Assembly: GCA_963845185.1 (NCBI GenBank)
Contig: CAWJRG010000010.1
Span: 256,001 to 320,000, forward strand
Length of the DNA stretch: 64,000 nt
Reading direction: 5' to 3'
Source of the DNA: an uncultured bacterium
GTDB lineage: Bacteria; Oederibacteriota; PGYV01; CAWJRG01
Program-made: the position numbers and the translations under genes
The notes under the pieces: generated by a model
Database searches by the model: none
Told to the model about the DNA's origin: nothing
The model's input: only the letters and a program-made list of their open reading frames with translations
Part shown: positions 18,031-28,184 of the stretch, one piece after another
Position numbering within the stretch: the first letter of the stretch is position 1
Layout: the number at the start of each line of letters is the position of its first letter

Positions 18031-19953
18031 CTATTGATTAAAAAATTCTTTTACGTCATCAATATTGCGGGTAATATTTACTTCCGGCAAAGCTGCGATA
18101 AATTCCCTGCCATAAGATTTTGTCGTTATCCTTTTATCAAGAATCATCACAACCCCGGTATCTTCCTTTGACCTTATAAGCCTTCCAAATCCCTGTTTCA
18201 GCATAAAAATGGCTCTTGGAAGCGAATACTCCCGGAAAGCGTCGTCTCCCCTATCTTCGATATACCGGTGTATTGCCTTTTGCAAAGGGTGCTCGGGCAT
18301 CTCAAAAGGCAGGCGCGTAATAACCACACATTTCAAAATATTCCCGCTTATATCTATGCCCTGCCAGAATGTGTTTGTCGCGAACAGCACGGATCGCCTG
18401 TTTTTAAAATTCGCAATAAGCTCGTTCGGGTTCAGTTCTCCCTGCATCATAAATTCCCTGTCCCTGTTTTCCCTTTTCAGGGTTTTATAGGTTTTTTTCA
18501 TGAACTCGGTATTTGTGAAAAGTATTAACATGTTGCCTGATACCGTACCGATTATATCCGCCAGCTTATTTGCCAGGCTTTCCGAATAATTGCTGTCCTG
18601 CGGCGAGGCTATGTCGCTTTCAAGGTATAAAAGCGCCTGCTTTTTGTAATCAAACGGCGATTTCAGGAGCTTTGTCCGTGGGCCTGAAAACCCAAGCTGT
18701 TTTATTATATAATCAAAATCCTTTCCCGTCGAAAGCGTTGCCGAAGTAAAAATAGTGCTGTCGTAATTATCCAGCACCGTAGCAGCGAATATTTTATCAA
18801 TCCTGTAAGGAGTAATATAAAACACCGCGTTGTCTTTGCCCTCCATGGCGACCCAGTAAAAAAACTCCTCTTCATCGCGCTCTTGCCAGTGCTCCATGGT
18901 GCTTATGTATTCGTTGCACCTTGAAAGCAGGAACTCATAGTACTTTTTTAAATCCTCATTCCTTCCGGTTTCATACGCTATTGATTCAGCCAGCTCGAAC
19001 AGGGTGTCTTTAAGCCTGGTGTGGATGTCTATTTTATCCTTAAAAGGGAAATCAATAAGCACTGCTTCTTTTTCGTAAAGCCTTAATTCTGGGTTATTGT
19101 AAACAGCTTTGCTAAATTCCGTAAAATCCTTCCGCGCGGATATCAGGTGGCTGTGCAGGTTGCTGTATGTTTTTTTAGTGAGCCTGTCTTTTTGCCTTAA
19201 AAATTCCTCAAGCTCGGATATTAATTTCAAATATCCCTGCGTTGAAAAACGCCTGCTAAGCATGTCCCTGGCCACGTCTTCCACCCTGTGGCCCTCGTCA
19301 AAAAGCGCTATTGAGGAAGCCGGCAGGATCTTGTTGTCCACAGCCATGTCGCTGAAAAAAAGATGGTGATTTATGACTATAATATGCGCTTTTGTGAGTT
19401 TCCTTTTCATCTTGAAATAATAGCATTTAAAAAAATCCTCGCAACTTTCGTCCCTGCACAGTTCCGGCATCCTGTTTACTTCGCTCCATGCCTCGTCCGG
19501 TATATGAAACCTGCTGTTCCCGCGCAGTCCTGCCCCGTCCTTTAAAAACTCGAGCATTTCGTTGATTGAGTTTGTATTCATAAAAAGCGTGCCTTTATTT
19601 TTAAATTCAGCAGCCCTACGCATGCACATGTAATTTTCCGCGCCAAAAGCCACCTCGTACTTGAGCTCGGGGAATATTTTTTTAATGACAGGAAGGTCTT
19701 TTTTGTATATTTGCTGCTGCAGGGCCTTGGTATAGGTTGAAACAAAAACCTTTTTCTTGTTTGTTATTGCGTATTCCGCCAGCGGCATGAGATAGGCAAA
19801 AGTTTTCCCTATGCCCGTGCCTGCTTCTATTATAAGGTTGCCCTTGCCGTTATTTATTGTTTCTTTTATTATCTCGGCCATCATGACCTGCTGTAATCTT
19901 TCCTCGTAATTTTCTATGTGAAGGGGCAGCTCTTTTTCAAAATATTTCTTCAT
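18031..19953 (-). CDS. DinG/YoaA family ATP-dependent DNA helicase
   Basis: EAGTGIGKT, Fe-S cysteines (NYMC, C.DESC..F.KC), DEGH, TSATL, FWQGID, KQGFGRLIR. Confidence 0.92.
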   Translation of the reverse strand: MKKYFEKELPLHIENYEERLQQVMMAEIIKETINNGKGNLIIEAGTGIGKTFAYLMPLAEYAITNKKKVFVSTYTKALQQQIYKKDLPVIKKIFPELKYEVAFGAENYMCMRRAAEFKNKGTLFMNTNSINEMLEFLKDGAGLRGNSRFHIPDEAWSEVNRMPELCRDESCEDFFKCYYFKMKRKLTKAHIIVINHHLFFSDMAVDNKILPASSIALFDEGHRVEDVARDMLSRRFSTQGYLKLISELEEFLRQKDRLTKKTYSNLHSHLISARKDFTEFSKAVYNNPELRLYEKEAVLIDFPFKDKIDIHTRLKDTLFELAESIAYETGRNEDLKKYYEFLLSRCNEYISTMEHWQERDEEEFFYWVAMEGKDNAVFYITPYRIDKIFAATVLDNYDSTIFTSATLSTGKDFDYIIKQLGFSGPRTKLLKSPFDYKKQALLYLESDIASPQDSNYSESLANKLADIIGTVSGNMLILFTNTEFMKKTYKTLKRENRDREFMMQGELNPNELIANFKNRRSVLFATNTFWQGIDISGNILKCVVITRLPFEMPEHPLQKAIHRYIEDRGDDAFREYSLPRAIFMLKQGFGRLIRSKEDTGVVMILDKRITTKSYGREFIAALPEVNITRNIDDVKEFFNQ

Positions 19954-20035
19954 TAAATACCTCTTATAGCTTGGCATATAGAAAGGCTTAATTCATCCCC
20001 CAACCGGATTTGGGTATTTCTTCCCGGATTAAATC

Positions 20036-20758
20036 CTACCAGTTCTTTTCGTTATTATTCTGTTTCGGCTGGTTAAGGTTTCCGTTCATTCTTCTTTCCA
20101 TGTACTGCATTATTTGCTCGGGGCTCATGTTGAATAAATCAGGCATGTCCTGGTTCATAGCTTTCTGCTGCTGCTGTTTTTGCTGGCTTAAATACCCCTT
20201 AACCTGTTTTTCCTGGTTTTTCATCGCGTTAAGCATAGCCTGAATCTCATCGTCTGACATGTTTGGCCTTGGTTTAGCCGCTTGCTGTTGTTGGCCTTGT
20301 TGGCCATTGCCTGCCTGCTGCTGTTGGCTCTGGCCGTTTTGCTTATTTTGTTGCGCCTGATTTTGCTGGCCCTTCTGCCCCCGGCTTTGCTGTCCCTGCC
20401 CCTGCTTGTTTTGCTGATTCTGGTTTTGATTATTTGGGGGGGTTTTCTGCTGTTCCTCAAGTTTTCTTTTTGTCACATCTATATTAAATTGCGTGTCCTC
20501 ATCATCTGGCTTTAATTTTAATGCATAATTATATGCTGCAAGCGCCTTATCATACTGCTCTGTCCTGAAAAAAGCGTTCCCCAGGTTATAAAATCCCTCA
20601 AACCTGTCCGGATTTTTATTTACAAAATCCGAATATTCCTTTAACGCATCCTGGTATTGGCCCTTTAAATATGATTCATTGCCATTTTTAAACTGGTTGT
20701 CTGCTTGCGCGATTATCGGAAGCAAAAACATACAGGTTAATATAAGCATCTTCTTCAT
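20036..20758 (-). CDS. Exported TPR protein with Q/N-rich linker (BatC-like)
   Basis: Signal peptide, YNLGNAFF TPR, Q-rich stretch, MSDDEIQAMLNAMKNQE, terminal EKNW. Confidence 0.8.
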   Translation of the reverse strand: MKKMLILTCMFLLPIIAQADNQFKNGNESYLKGQYQDALKEYSDFVNKNPDRFEGFYNLGNAFFRTEQYDKALAAYNYALKLKPDDEDTQFNIDVTKRKLEEQQKTPPNNQNQNQQNKQGQGQQSRGQKGQQNQAQQNKQNGQSQQQQAGNGQQGQQQQAAKPRPNMSDDEIQAMLNAMKNQEKQVKGYLSQQKQQQQKAMNQDMPDLFNMSPEQIMQYMERRMNGNLNQPKQNNNEKNW

Positions 20759-20875
20759 TTCAAAACCTCTTGATAAAATATTTGCTATATTGTATCAACA
20801 GTTTTTTATAAAATCAAGTATATCCCCGCCCATTTCCCGGGTCCCTAATCCCATTTCTCGGATCCCGTATTCAAA

Positions 20876-22018
20876 TCATTCCACTGTTTTTCTGAACTGT
20901 TTAATAGCTATTGAAAAAACTATTATTCCAAACGCGAACAATGCAAATGTCTGCGGCAGCAGTTCAATAAAAGTCATGTCCTTGAGAAAAATTCCCCTGA
21001 CTATTATCAGATAATACCTCATTGGTATGATGTAAGTAAGCAACTGTATCGCCTCAGGCATGTTCTTTATCGGGAATATGAACCCCGACAAAAGCATCTG
21101 CGGCAGCATGAAGAATATCGCCGACAGCATTGCCTGCTGCTGCGTAGTCAATATCGTCAATATCAGTATGCCTAACCCCAGGTTTGTAAGTATCACAAAA
21201 AACGAGAGCGCGAGCAGCAGCAAAAAACTTCCCTTAAAAGATATATGGAAAAGCAGCAGGCTTATTACCACTATAGTAATTATGTCCACAAAAGAGATAA
21301 AAATATATGGGATTATTTTTCCGGCTATTATCTGCCACGGTTTTATGGGGCTTACCAGCATCTGCTCTATGTTCCCTGACTCCTTTTCCCTGACAAGCGC
21401 GAGCGCAGTGATCACCATGGTGACCACTGCGAGTATCAGTGCCAATACTCCCGGGACCATGTCGTACGCACTCAGCAGCTCGGGGTTGTACCAGGCGCGC
21501 TCTTCCATGACCACGGACGGCAGCGCACCTACTATATTGTGCATTGCGGTTATTTTATCCGCGAAAATTTCGTTTGAAAACGCCATTATTATCTGTATTG
21601 CCCTTGTCATGCTTATCCCGCCGGAATTTGAGTCTGTGCCGTCCACTATTACCTGCACCGGCGACCTTTTGCCTTTTTTAATGTTCTCCTCGAAACGCTG
21701 CAATATCCTGATGCATATTTTCGCCTTGTTACCGCCTATGGCTCTTTGTATGTCTTCTGGCGTCCGCGTAAAACCCGTAACCCGAAAATATTCCGTATGC
21801 ATAAATTTGTCAGCTAGTTTCCTGCTAAGCGCTGTGTTGTCCTCGTCGCATATCAGCGTCCTGACATGCGTCACGTCCGTGGTGGCCACGTAACCGAAAA
21901 CAATTGTCATTATTATGGGGGCCACCAGCAGGAAAGCTATGAGCCTCGTCCTCCTGAGCTCAATGAATTCTTTTTCTATAATATGCCTAACCGGCCCCAT
22001 CATTAATTTAATGTCCAT
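20876..22018 (-). CDS. ABC-2 transporter permease (YbhR-like)
   Basis: KEFIELRR, VDGTDSNS, WYNPEL, REKESGNIEQMLVSP, LSGFIFPI. Confidence 0.9.
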   Translation of the reverse strand: MDIKLMMGPVRHIIEKEFIELRRTRLIAFLLVAPIIMTIVFGYVATTDVTHVRTLICDEDNTALSRKLADKFMHTEYFRVTGFTRTPEDIQRAIGGNKAKICIRILQRFEENIKKGKRSPVQVIVDGTDSNSGGISMTRAIQIIMAFSNEIFADKITAMHNIVGALPSVVMEERAWYNPELLSAYDMVPGVLALILAVVTMVITALALVREKESGNIEQMLVSPIKPWQIIAGKIIPYIFISFVDIITIVVISLLLFHISFKGSFLLLLALSFFVILTNLGLGILILTILTTQQQAMLSAIFFMLPQMLLSGFIFPIKNMPEAIQLLTYIIPMRYYLIIVRGIFLKDMTFIELLPQTFALFAFGIIVFSIAIKQFRKTVE

Positions 22019-22047
22019 AATTTTCCAATCTGTAATTTATATACATT

Positions 22048-23211
22048 CTATCCGAGGTCCTTCCTGAATCTTTTCGCAGCCACAAGCATGAAAAACATGC
22101 CGAAAATAAAGAGAAAAAACGCCTCATTCCACAATGTCAATATCCCCGTATCTGCTTTTAAAAATATTGTCCTCAGCGCCGTAATAAAATACCGCGCCGG
22201 CATGAAATATGTCACTGCCTGCAGTATCCATGGCATCGAGTCAATCGAAAAAACAAACCCTGAAAGCAAAAATGACGGCAGCACTGTCCCGAAAGCCGTA
22301 CCTACCACCGCTATCTGCTGATTTGGCGCCACGGCTGAGATGAAAAGACCCATGCCCAGCGCGCAAAAAAGGAAAAGCAGAGTGAACAATATAAGAGTCA
22401 GGACATTTCCGCGGAAAGGCACTTTAAAAAGGAATACCCCCACCAGCACTATAAGCGCGACGTCTATAAGGCATATGAGGATGTACGGCACCAGCTTGCC
22501 CGCCATAAGTTCTATAGACTTTATCGGCGTTGCTATCAGCTGCTCAAAAGTCCCGTTTTCTTTTTCCTTGACCACGGTCAGGGACGTGAGCATGGCCGCG
22601 ACAAGCATCATGATTATCGCCGAAAGCCCCGGCACTATGTAATCTGTGCTTACAAGGTCCGGATTGTACCAGACGCGCGGCACCGGCTCGACCATTGGTA
22701 TGACCCTGGGGTTGAACCCGCGCTTTTGCACCGCGTTAAGCATAATATTTTGCGAAAATGAAGCTATTATGACGTTGGCGTACCCTATTGCCACGTTTGT
22801 CGTGTTGGAGTCCGAACCGTCGCCTATTACCTGGAGCCTTACTGTCCGGTTTTTCTTTATGTCGGTTTGCAGGTCTTTCGGCAGTGTAAGAATCATTTTT
22901 ATCCTGTTAAGCTTCAGCGCTTCCACGCATTTTTTCATGTCATTTTCCGTGGGATTGTAAACATCGAAATACCCGCTTGCCGTAAACTTCTGGATTATTG
23001 TCCTGCTGAGTGATGACTGGTCATAGTCCACCACGCCAAGATCTATCTTTTTTATGTCAAAATTAACTGCGTAACTGAAAAGTGCAAGCATCGCTATCGG
23101 CGCTGCAATGACTATTCCAAGTGACCTCGCATCCCTGATTATATGCAGGAACTCTTTTTTCATGACAGGAATTATTCTCTTGGGGTCTATTCTTCCTTTT
23201 TCGTTTGCCAT
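22048..23211 (-). CDS. ABC-2 transporter permease (YbhS-like)
   Basis: KEFLHIIRD, DGSDSNT, WYNPDL, KEKENGTFEQLIATP. Confidence 0.9.
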   Translation of the reverse strand: MANEKGRIDPKRIIPVMKKEFLHIIRDARSLGIVIAAPIAMLALFSYAVNFDIKKIDLGVVDYDQSSLSRTIIQKFTASGYFDVYNPTENDMKKCVEALKLNRIKMILTLPKDLQTDIKKNRTVRLQVIGDGSDSNTTNVAIGYANVIIASFSQNIMLNAVQKRGFNPRVIPMVEPVPRVWYNPDLVSTDYIVPGLSAIIMMLVAAMLTSLTVVKEKENGTFEQLIATPIKSIELMAGKLVPYILICLIDVALIVLVGVFLFKVPFRGNVLTLILFTLLFLFCALGMGLFISAVAPNQQIAVVGTAFGTVLPSFLLSGFVFSIDSMPWILQAVTYFMPARYFITALRTIFLKADTGILTLWNEAFFLFIFGMFFMLVAAKRFRKDLG

Positions 23212-23231
23212 AATTTCACTCCAAGCAACAG

Positions 23232-24176
23232 CTAAGTGCTGGCTTTCTCATATTGTTTTACCAGGTTCACGAACACGTCTTCCATTGTAGGGTCCACTTT
23301 TTCTGGTTCTGTGGCTTTGATGCCTGCCGGCTCAAGTATGGCTTTTATCGCCGCTGCTGTCTCCTCAACGCCGTCGGAAGGTATCACGTGGAGAAGCGCC
23401 CCATGTATGGACACTTCCCCGAGCTTTTCTTTGTTCAGTGAGAGCAGTTTGTGCGCCTCTACTGGGGTGTCGCTTTCTATCTCAAGTATAGGTTTGTTGA
23501 AAACCGCGGCTTTTATGTCGTGTATGGTGCCTTCCATTATTATTTTTCCCGAGTGCATCAGCGCTATGCGGTTGCAGTGTTCCACTTCGTCCATGTAATG
23601 CGTGGTCACAAATACCGTGGTGCCTGTAGATGACAGCTGGGCTATTATCTCCCAGAACCTGCGGCGCAGCATTGGGTCCACGCCTGCGGTCGGCTCGTCA
23701 AGAAATAGCACTTCTGGGTGATGCGCTATGGAGCAGGCAAGCGACACCCTCTGCTTCAGCCCACCCGGCAAATCTCCGACTATCCTGTCTTCATACCCCT
23801 CAAGCCCTACTCTTTTCGCAACTTCTACAGCCCTTTCCTTTATTAAAGCGTCGTCAAGCCCGTATATTCCACCGTAAAAAGCTATATTTTCCCTAACCGT
23901 CAGCACAGGGTAAAGAGAAAACTTCTGCGACATGTACCCGAGCCGTTTTTTGATTTCCTCGGGCTGCTCCTTTATGCTGAACCCGGCCACGACAGCGTCA
24001 CCTGACGTAGGCGCCAGCAGACCGCAAAGCATACGTATAGTTGTGGTTTTTCCCGCGCCGTTGGCGCCCAGGAACCCGTAAATTTCTCCTTTTTTAACTT
24101 CAAAAGAAATTGAGTCCACTGCTGTGAACTTGTCGAATCTCTTTGTCAGGTCTTTTGCGCTTACCGATATTTCCAT
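23232..24176 (-). CDS. ABC transporter ATP-binding protein
   Basis: GANGAGKTT, GYMSQKFSLY, LDEPTAGVDP. Start placed at MEISV (alternative start 24224). Confidence 0.92.
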   Translation of the reverse strand: MEISVSAKDLTKRFDKFTAVDSISFEVKKGEIYGFLGANGAGKTTTIRMLCGLLAPTSGDAVVAGFSIKEQPEEIKKRLGYMSQKFSLYPVLTVRENIAFYGGIYGLDDALIKERAVEVAKRVGLEGYEDRIVGDLPGGLKQRVSLACSIAHHPEVLFLDEPTAGVDPMLRRRFWEIIAQLSSTGTTVFVTTHYMDEVEHCNRIALMHSGKIIMEGTIHDIKAAVFNKPILEIESDTPVEAHKLLSLNKEKLGEVSIHGALLHVIPSDGVEETAAAIKAILEPAGIKATEPEKVDPTMEDVFVNLVKQYEKAST

Positions 24177-24252
24177 TTTTTCTCCAATTTGTTTTTTCTT
24201 TTCCTGTATTAATTTTTCAATCAAAAATCCAAAATATAAACTCTAAAATGCC

Positions 24253-25155
24253 TTACTTGATTTTATCCACAAACACATCTTCCACATTCGCTGCGATTCT
24301 CCGGACACGCGCCCCTCCGGATTTTTTATTCAGGTCTTCTGCTGCTGCCTCGTCCCTGACCACCACATGGAAACGCTCGCCGAGCTGCTGCCAGTCCTTT
24401 ACATAGTCCACGGAATTCAGCATGGCCTCTACCTCAGCACCTTTTCCTTCCGGGAATATTTCCAGCACCACCCCGTCCAGCGCTTTTTTCATGTTTTTTG
24501 GCGTGTCGCTGGAAATTATTTTCCCCTTAAACATCAGGCCAATACGCGAGCACTGCTCTGCCTCGTCCATGTACGGCGTACTTACCACTATGGTCACACC
24601 CTCGGAGTGTATCTGCTGCAGTATTTCCCAGAAATCCCTGCGCGACACAGGGTCTACGCCTGTGGTCGGCTCGTCAAGGAAAAGTATTTTCGGCCTGTGT
24701 ATGAGCGTGCATATTAGGGCGAGTTTCTGTTTCATGCCGCCTGACAGCTTACCTGCCTGCCTGTCCTTAAAAGGCTCCAGCCTTGTCATGTCAAGCAGCG
24801 GCCCTAGGCGCTTATCCAGTGTATCTTTTTCTATATTATATACATCAGCGAAAAACCTTATATTTTCCTCGACCGTCAGGTCTGTATAAAGGCTGAACTT
24901 CTGGCACATGTAACCTATGTGTTCCTTCAGCCCCTCTGCCCCCTGCGGCAGCTTGAACCCGAGCACCTCCACGCTCCCGGCACCCGGCAGCATAATGCCT
25001 GAGAGTATCCGCAATGTTGTTGTCTTCCCTGCGCCGTCGGGCCCTATGAGCCCGAATATTTCTCCTGCCATTACCTCAAAACTCAGCTTGTCCACTGCAA
25101 TTATGTCTTTAAACTTTTTAACAAGCTCTTTTACCTGAATAACTGTTTCAGCCAT
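24253..25155 (-). CDS. ABC transporter ATP-binding protein
   Basis: GPDGAGKTT, LSGGMKQK, LDEPTTGVDP. Confidence 0.92.
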   Translation of the reverse strand: MAETVIQVKELVKKFKDIIAVDKLSFEVMAGEIFGLIGPDGAGKTTTLRILSGIMLPGAGSVEVLGFKLPQGAEGLKEHIGYMCQKFSLYTDLTVEENIRFFADVYNIEKDTLDKRLGPLLDMTRLEPFKDRQAGKLSGGMKQKLALICTLIHRPKILFLDEPTTGVDPVSRRDFWEILQQIHSEGVTIVVSTPYMDEAEQCSRIGLMFKGKIISSDTPKNMKKALDGVVLEIFPEGKGAEVEAMLNSVDYVKDWQQLGERFHVVVRDEAAAEDLNKKSGGARVRRIAANVEDVFVDKIK

Positions 25156-25235
25156 AAAACCTCTTTATTAGTTTTTAATTCCGGGGTACAAACTTATAGC
25201 CTTTCAACTCGAAACTGGAAACCTGAAACTTTAAA

Positions 25236-26000
25236 CTATTTCGTTGCTATTTCCACATCCGCTGGTATTCCCGGCTTCAGTATATAATCCGGGTTCGGCA
25301 CCGTAACCTGTACTTCAAAAACTTCCTTTATTCTTTCGTCCTGTGTCTGCACATTTTTCGGCGTGAACTCGGCTTCGCTTGATATGAATGTAATCTTGCC
25401 TTCAAACCATTTCTTGGGATACGAGTCAATCTTTACCTTGGCGGCCTCTCCGTAAGTTATTTTTCCTATGTCAACAAGCGGCAAATAAATGGTCACTTTG
25501 GATAACGCGACATCGCCGAGCGTGAAAAGCGGGGTTCCTGAAGAAACAAGCTCTCCCTCTTCCACGTGCTTTTTCAGTATTACTCCGCTCCATGGAGCAA
25601 TGACTTTTGCCTCGTTAAGCATGACTTCCGCCTCTATTAGCTGGTTCTGCGCTGAAATGTAGTTTGTCCTGGCGTTGTCCAGCGACTGCTGCGAAGTGGA
25701 AGCCGTCTCAAAGAGGTTTTTTGTCCTGCTGTAATAGTCCTGCGCCTGCTTGTACATGCTTGCCGCGGCGTCTTTCTGCGCCACTACTATGGACGGGTCA
25801 AGCTCGGCAAGCACATCTCCCTTTTTCACCATTGAGCCCTCGTCAACGTAGAGCTTTGTGACTCGGCTCGATATGCGCGAAGCCAGGTCTGCTTCTGTGT
25901 CTTCCACTGTCCCGGACGCGGTTATCACGTTCGCTTTCCCGCACCCGCAAATAACCGCTGCTGCCGCTGCAAATATTATTGCAATTGCTGCCTTTTTCAT
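25236..26000 (-). CDS. HlyD/YbhG-like membrane fusion protein (lipoprotein signal)
   Basis: VICGC lipobox-like sequence, EGSMVKKGD, AEFTPKNVQT, LKPGIPAD. Confidence 0.9.
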   Translation of the reverse strand: MKKAAIAIIFAAAAAVICGCGKANVITASGTVEDTEADLASRISSRVTKLYVDEGSMVKKGDVLAELDPSIVVAQKDAAASMYKQAQDYYSRTKNLFETASTSQQSLDNARTNYISAQNQLIEAEVMLNEAKVIAPWSGVILKKHVEEGELVSSGTPLFTLGDVALSKVTIYLPLVDIGKITYGEAAKVKIDSYPKKWFEGKITFISSEAEFTPKNVQTQDERIKEVFEVQVTVPNPDYILKPGIPADVEIATK

Positions 26001-26022
26001 GTCAACCTCCTGTAATATTTGT

Positions 26023-26658
26023 TTATTTAATTACTCCTTCTTTCATCACATCCAGCACAAATTTCTTCCTGTCCTTTACGAATTTATTAAGCGCCATGTC
26101 ACCAATGCCAAAAAGTTTTGCTTTGTCTCCTATAAACGATTTTGCAACATAAACCGGCGCTACCTGGGCTATTAAACTTATAAGCAGGTGAAAAACGTTT
26201 ATGTTTTTTATTTTTCCGGCTTTCATTTGGCTTTTAAAATATTTGTAAATCTTTCCGTTCACCGGATTCATGGGTACAATCATAAAATTTTCCTTTGCTA
26301 TTTTAGCCAGCTTATCTCCGCCTCTTATAATTTCATAAAGAAGCAGCTTTACATACAGGCTGTTATCCGTAAATATTTCAATAAAGGCGTCCAGTATCTG
26401 GCTCATCTTTTTTTCCGGATCCACAGGTTCGTCGCTGATGCTGTTTAGCCTCTGCATAAGCCTAAAAAACAGGGTTTTCAGTGTTTCCTCGTATATGTTT
26501 TCCTTGTTCCGGAAATAATAGTGAAGCATTGCCTTGTTGACCTTGGCGCGGTTGGCTATATTTTGTGTGCGCGCCCCGTAAAACCCGTACTCCACAAATT
26601 CCTCTATTGCAGCTTTTAGTATCCTGTCTTTTGTTTCAACTTCGTTCTTTTTTATCAT
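26023..26658 (-). CDS. TetR/AcrR family transcriptional regulator
   Basis: ILKAAIEEFVEYGFYGARTQNIANRAKVNKAMLHYYFRNKE. Confidence 0.92.
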   Translation of the reverse strand: MIKKNEVETKDRILKAAIEEFVEYGFYGARTQNIANRAKVNKAMLHYYFRNKENIYEETLKTLFFRLMQRLNSISDEPVDPEKKMSQILDAFIEIFTDNSLYVKLLLYEIIRGGDKLAKIAKENFMIVPMNPVNGKIYKYFKSQMKAGKIKNINVFHLLISLIAQVAPVYVAKSFIGDKAKLFGIGDMALNKFVKDRKKFVLDVMKEGVIK

Positions 26659-26676
26659 ATTAGCCCTCCTGTTATT

Positions 26677-26805
26677 TCAGTTTATCCATCGGGCAAGAAT
26701 AAACGCAACGTAATTCATTATATTTTCCCTTTTACGGGTTAATCTTTTAATTCCGTACTGTTTTTTCTTATATATCTTTTTTGCTCTATTTTTTTGCTTT
26801 CCCAT
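26677..26805 (-). CDS. Possible small basic protein (42 aa; 52 aa from ATG 26835)
   Basis: Manual translation MGKQKNRAKKIYKKKQYGIKRLTRKRENIMNYVAFILARWIN; AGGA upstream; lies between the promoter and tetR. Confidence 0.3.
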   Translation of the reverse strand: MGKQKNRAKKIYKKKQYGIKRLTRKRENIMNYVAFILARWIN

Positions 26806-26850
26806 GAAATTTGTCCTTTTCCTCGTTTTTAGCATATCAACCATAAATAA

Positions 26851-26908
26851 TTAACCATTTGGTTTAACCATCTGGTTAAAAAATACAACATAAGAATGTT
26901 TTTGTCAA
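26851..26908 (-). promoter_or_regulatory. Promoter with tandem palindromic (TetR-type) operator
   Basis: TTGACA-N17-TATTTT followed directly by palindromes TTTAACCA-TC-TGGTTAAA and AACCA-TT-TGGTT. Confidence 0.65.
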
Positions 26909-27029
26909 GTATTTTTTGTTTGATTTATTATATTTTACCGGAGGTTTAACTTAAAAATGAAAGTTGACTTATTGATTTATGTCGATTTAATAATATGGTA
27001 TTCTAACCCTAATAATAATTTTATATTGT

Positions 27030-28037
27030 CTACGGCCCAAATACCTGAATCCTGTTATTTCCGTAATCCGCCACATACACATCTCCGATTCCATCAACCG
27101 CGACTCCCATGGGCCATCCAAACTCTCCAAATGCGGTTCCGAGAAATCCCCATTGCGTTATATATCCGCCGGTGGAATTGAATTTCTGGATTCTGTCATT
27201 GTATTTGTCTGTAACATACACATTGTTGTTTCCATCTACGGCAATTCCGCAGGGAATGTTAAATTTTCCCTCAGTGTCTCCATGGCTGCCCCATGTCAAT
27301 ATATAATTACCGAATGAATCAAATTTCTGTACCCTGTAATTGCCGGAATCCGTAACATATATATTGCCGCTGCTGTCTGCAGCAACTCCCATAGGCGTGT
27401 TAAATTGCCCATTGCCACTGCCCTGCGTTCCCCATTCCGCTGAAATCGCTGCTACCACTCCCGGTGAACTGAATTTTTCTATCCTGTCATTGCCGGCATC
27501 AGCGACATATATATTGCCGGCTCCATCCACGGCTATCCCGTAAGGACTATTAAATTGTCCGATTGCTGGACCGTAGCTTCCCCATTGTGTTACATAACCG
27601 CCGCCGGGAGCAAATTCCTGAACCCTGGCGTTTCCTATATCTGTGACATATATGTTACCGGCACCATCAACGGCAATTCCGACAGGATCATTGAATTGCC
27701 CTGCATTTGTTCCAAGAGTTCCCCATTGCGTTATATATGTGCCCGTACTGCTGAATTCTTCAATTCTATTATTAATAAAATCAGTAACATAAACAATTCC
27801 GCCTCCATACACCGCTACCCCATAAGGATAAACAAGTTGACCGGAACCGCTTCCCTGGTTTCCAAAAACTGCCAAAGGTGTTCGAGGAGTCGGAACCGCA
27901 GTTGGGGTTAATAATGATGAAGAGTCTCCTGGTGATGGTGATGATGATGAGCTGCTTGTCGGTGAAGTGCCTGAATTTTGCGAACATGCGCAAAGGAATA
28001 ACAAAGGTATCAATATTATAAGCACTGATTTTTTCAT
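27030..28037 (-). CDS. NHL-repeat beta-propeller lipoprotein
   Basis: MKKSV..LFLCAC lipobox, S/P/T linker, six repeats of F..P.GIAVD..GNIYV.D..N.RIQ.F. Confidence 0.9.
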   Translation of the reverse strand: MKKSVLIILIPLLFLCACSQNSGTSPTSSSSSSPSPGDSSSLLTPTAVPTPRTPLAVFGNQGSGSGQLVYPYGVAVYGGGIVYVTDFINNRIEEFSSTGTYITQWGTLGTNAGQFNDPVGIAVDGAGNIYVTDIGNARVQEFAPGGGYVTQWGSYGPAIGQFNSPYGIAVDGAGNIYVADAGNDRIEKFSSPGVVAAISAEWGTQGSGNGQFNTPMGVAADSSGNIYVTDSGNYRVQKFDSFGNYILTWGSHGDTEGKFNIPCGIAVDGNNNVYVTDKYNDRIQKFNSTGGYITQWGFLGTAFGEFGWPMGVAVDGIGDVYVADYGNNRIQVFGP

Positions 28038-28184
28038 TATTCTTTCTCCTTTTTTATTATTTATTTTCACATAATTATACATCATGTATAGTATTTTGTC
28101 AAATATCATTACCTTTTTATTTTTCGTAGGTTGACTTTTACTAAAATTTAAAATAAAATCTTTTTATTACGTTCCAGGAGGCAT

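Noticed and set aside
20220..20460. CAG/CAA-rich low-complexity tract
   Set aside because: Ordinary Q/N-rich linker of a BatC-like TPR protein.
21060..21893. 277-aa plus-strand ORF and many other plus-strand ORFs of 60-170 aa
   Set aside because: Antisense shadows of well-supported minus-strand genes, with no motifs.
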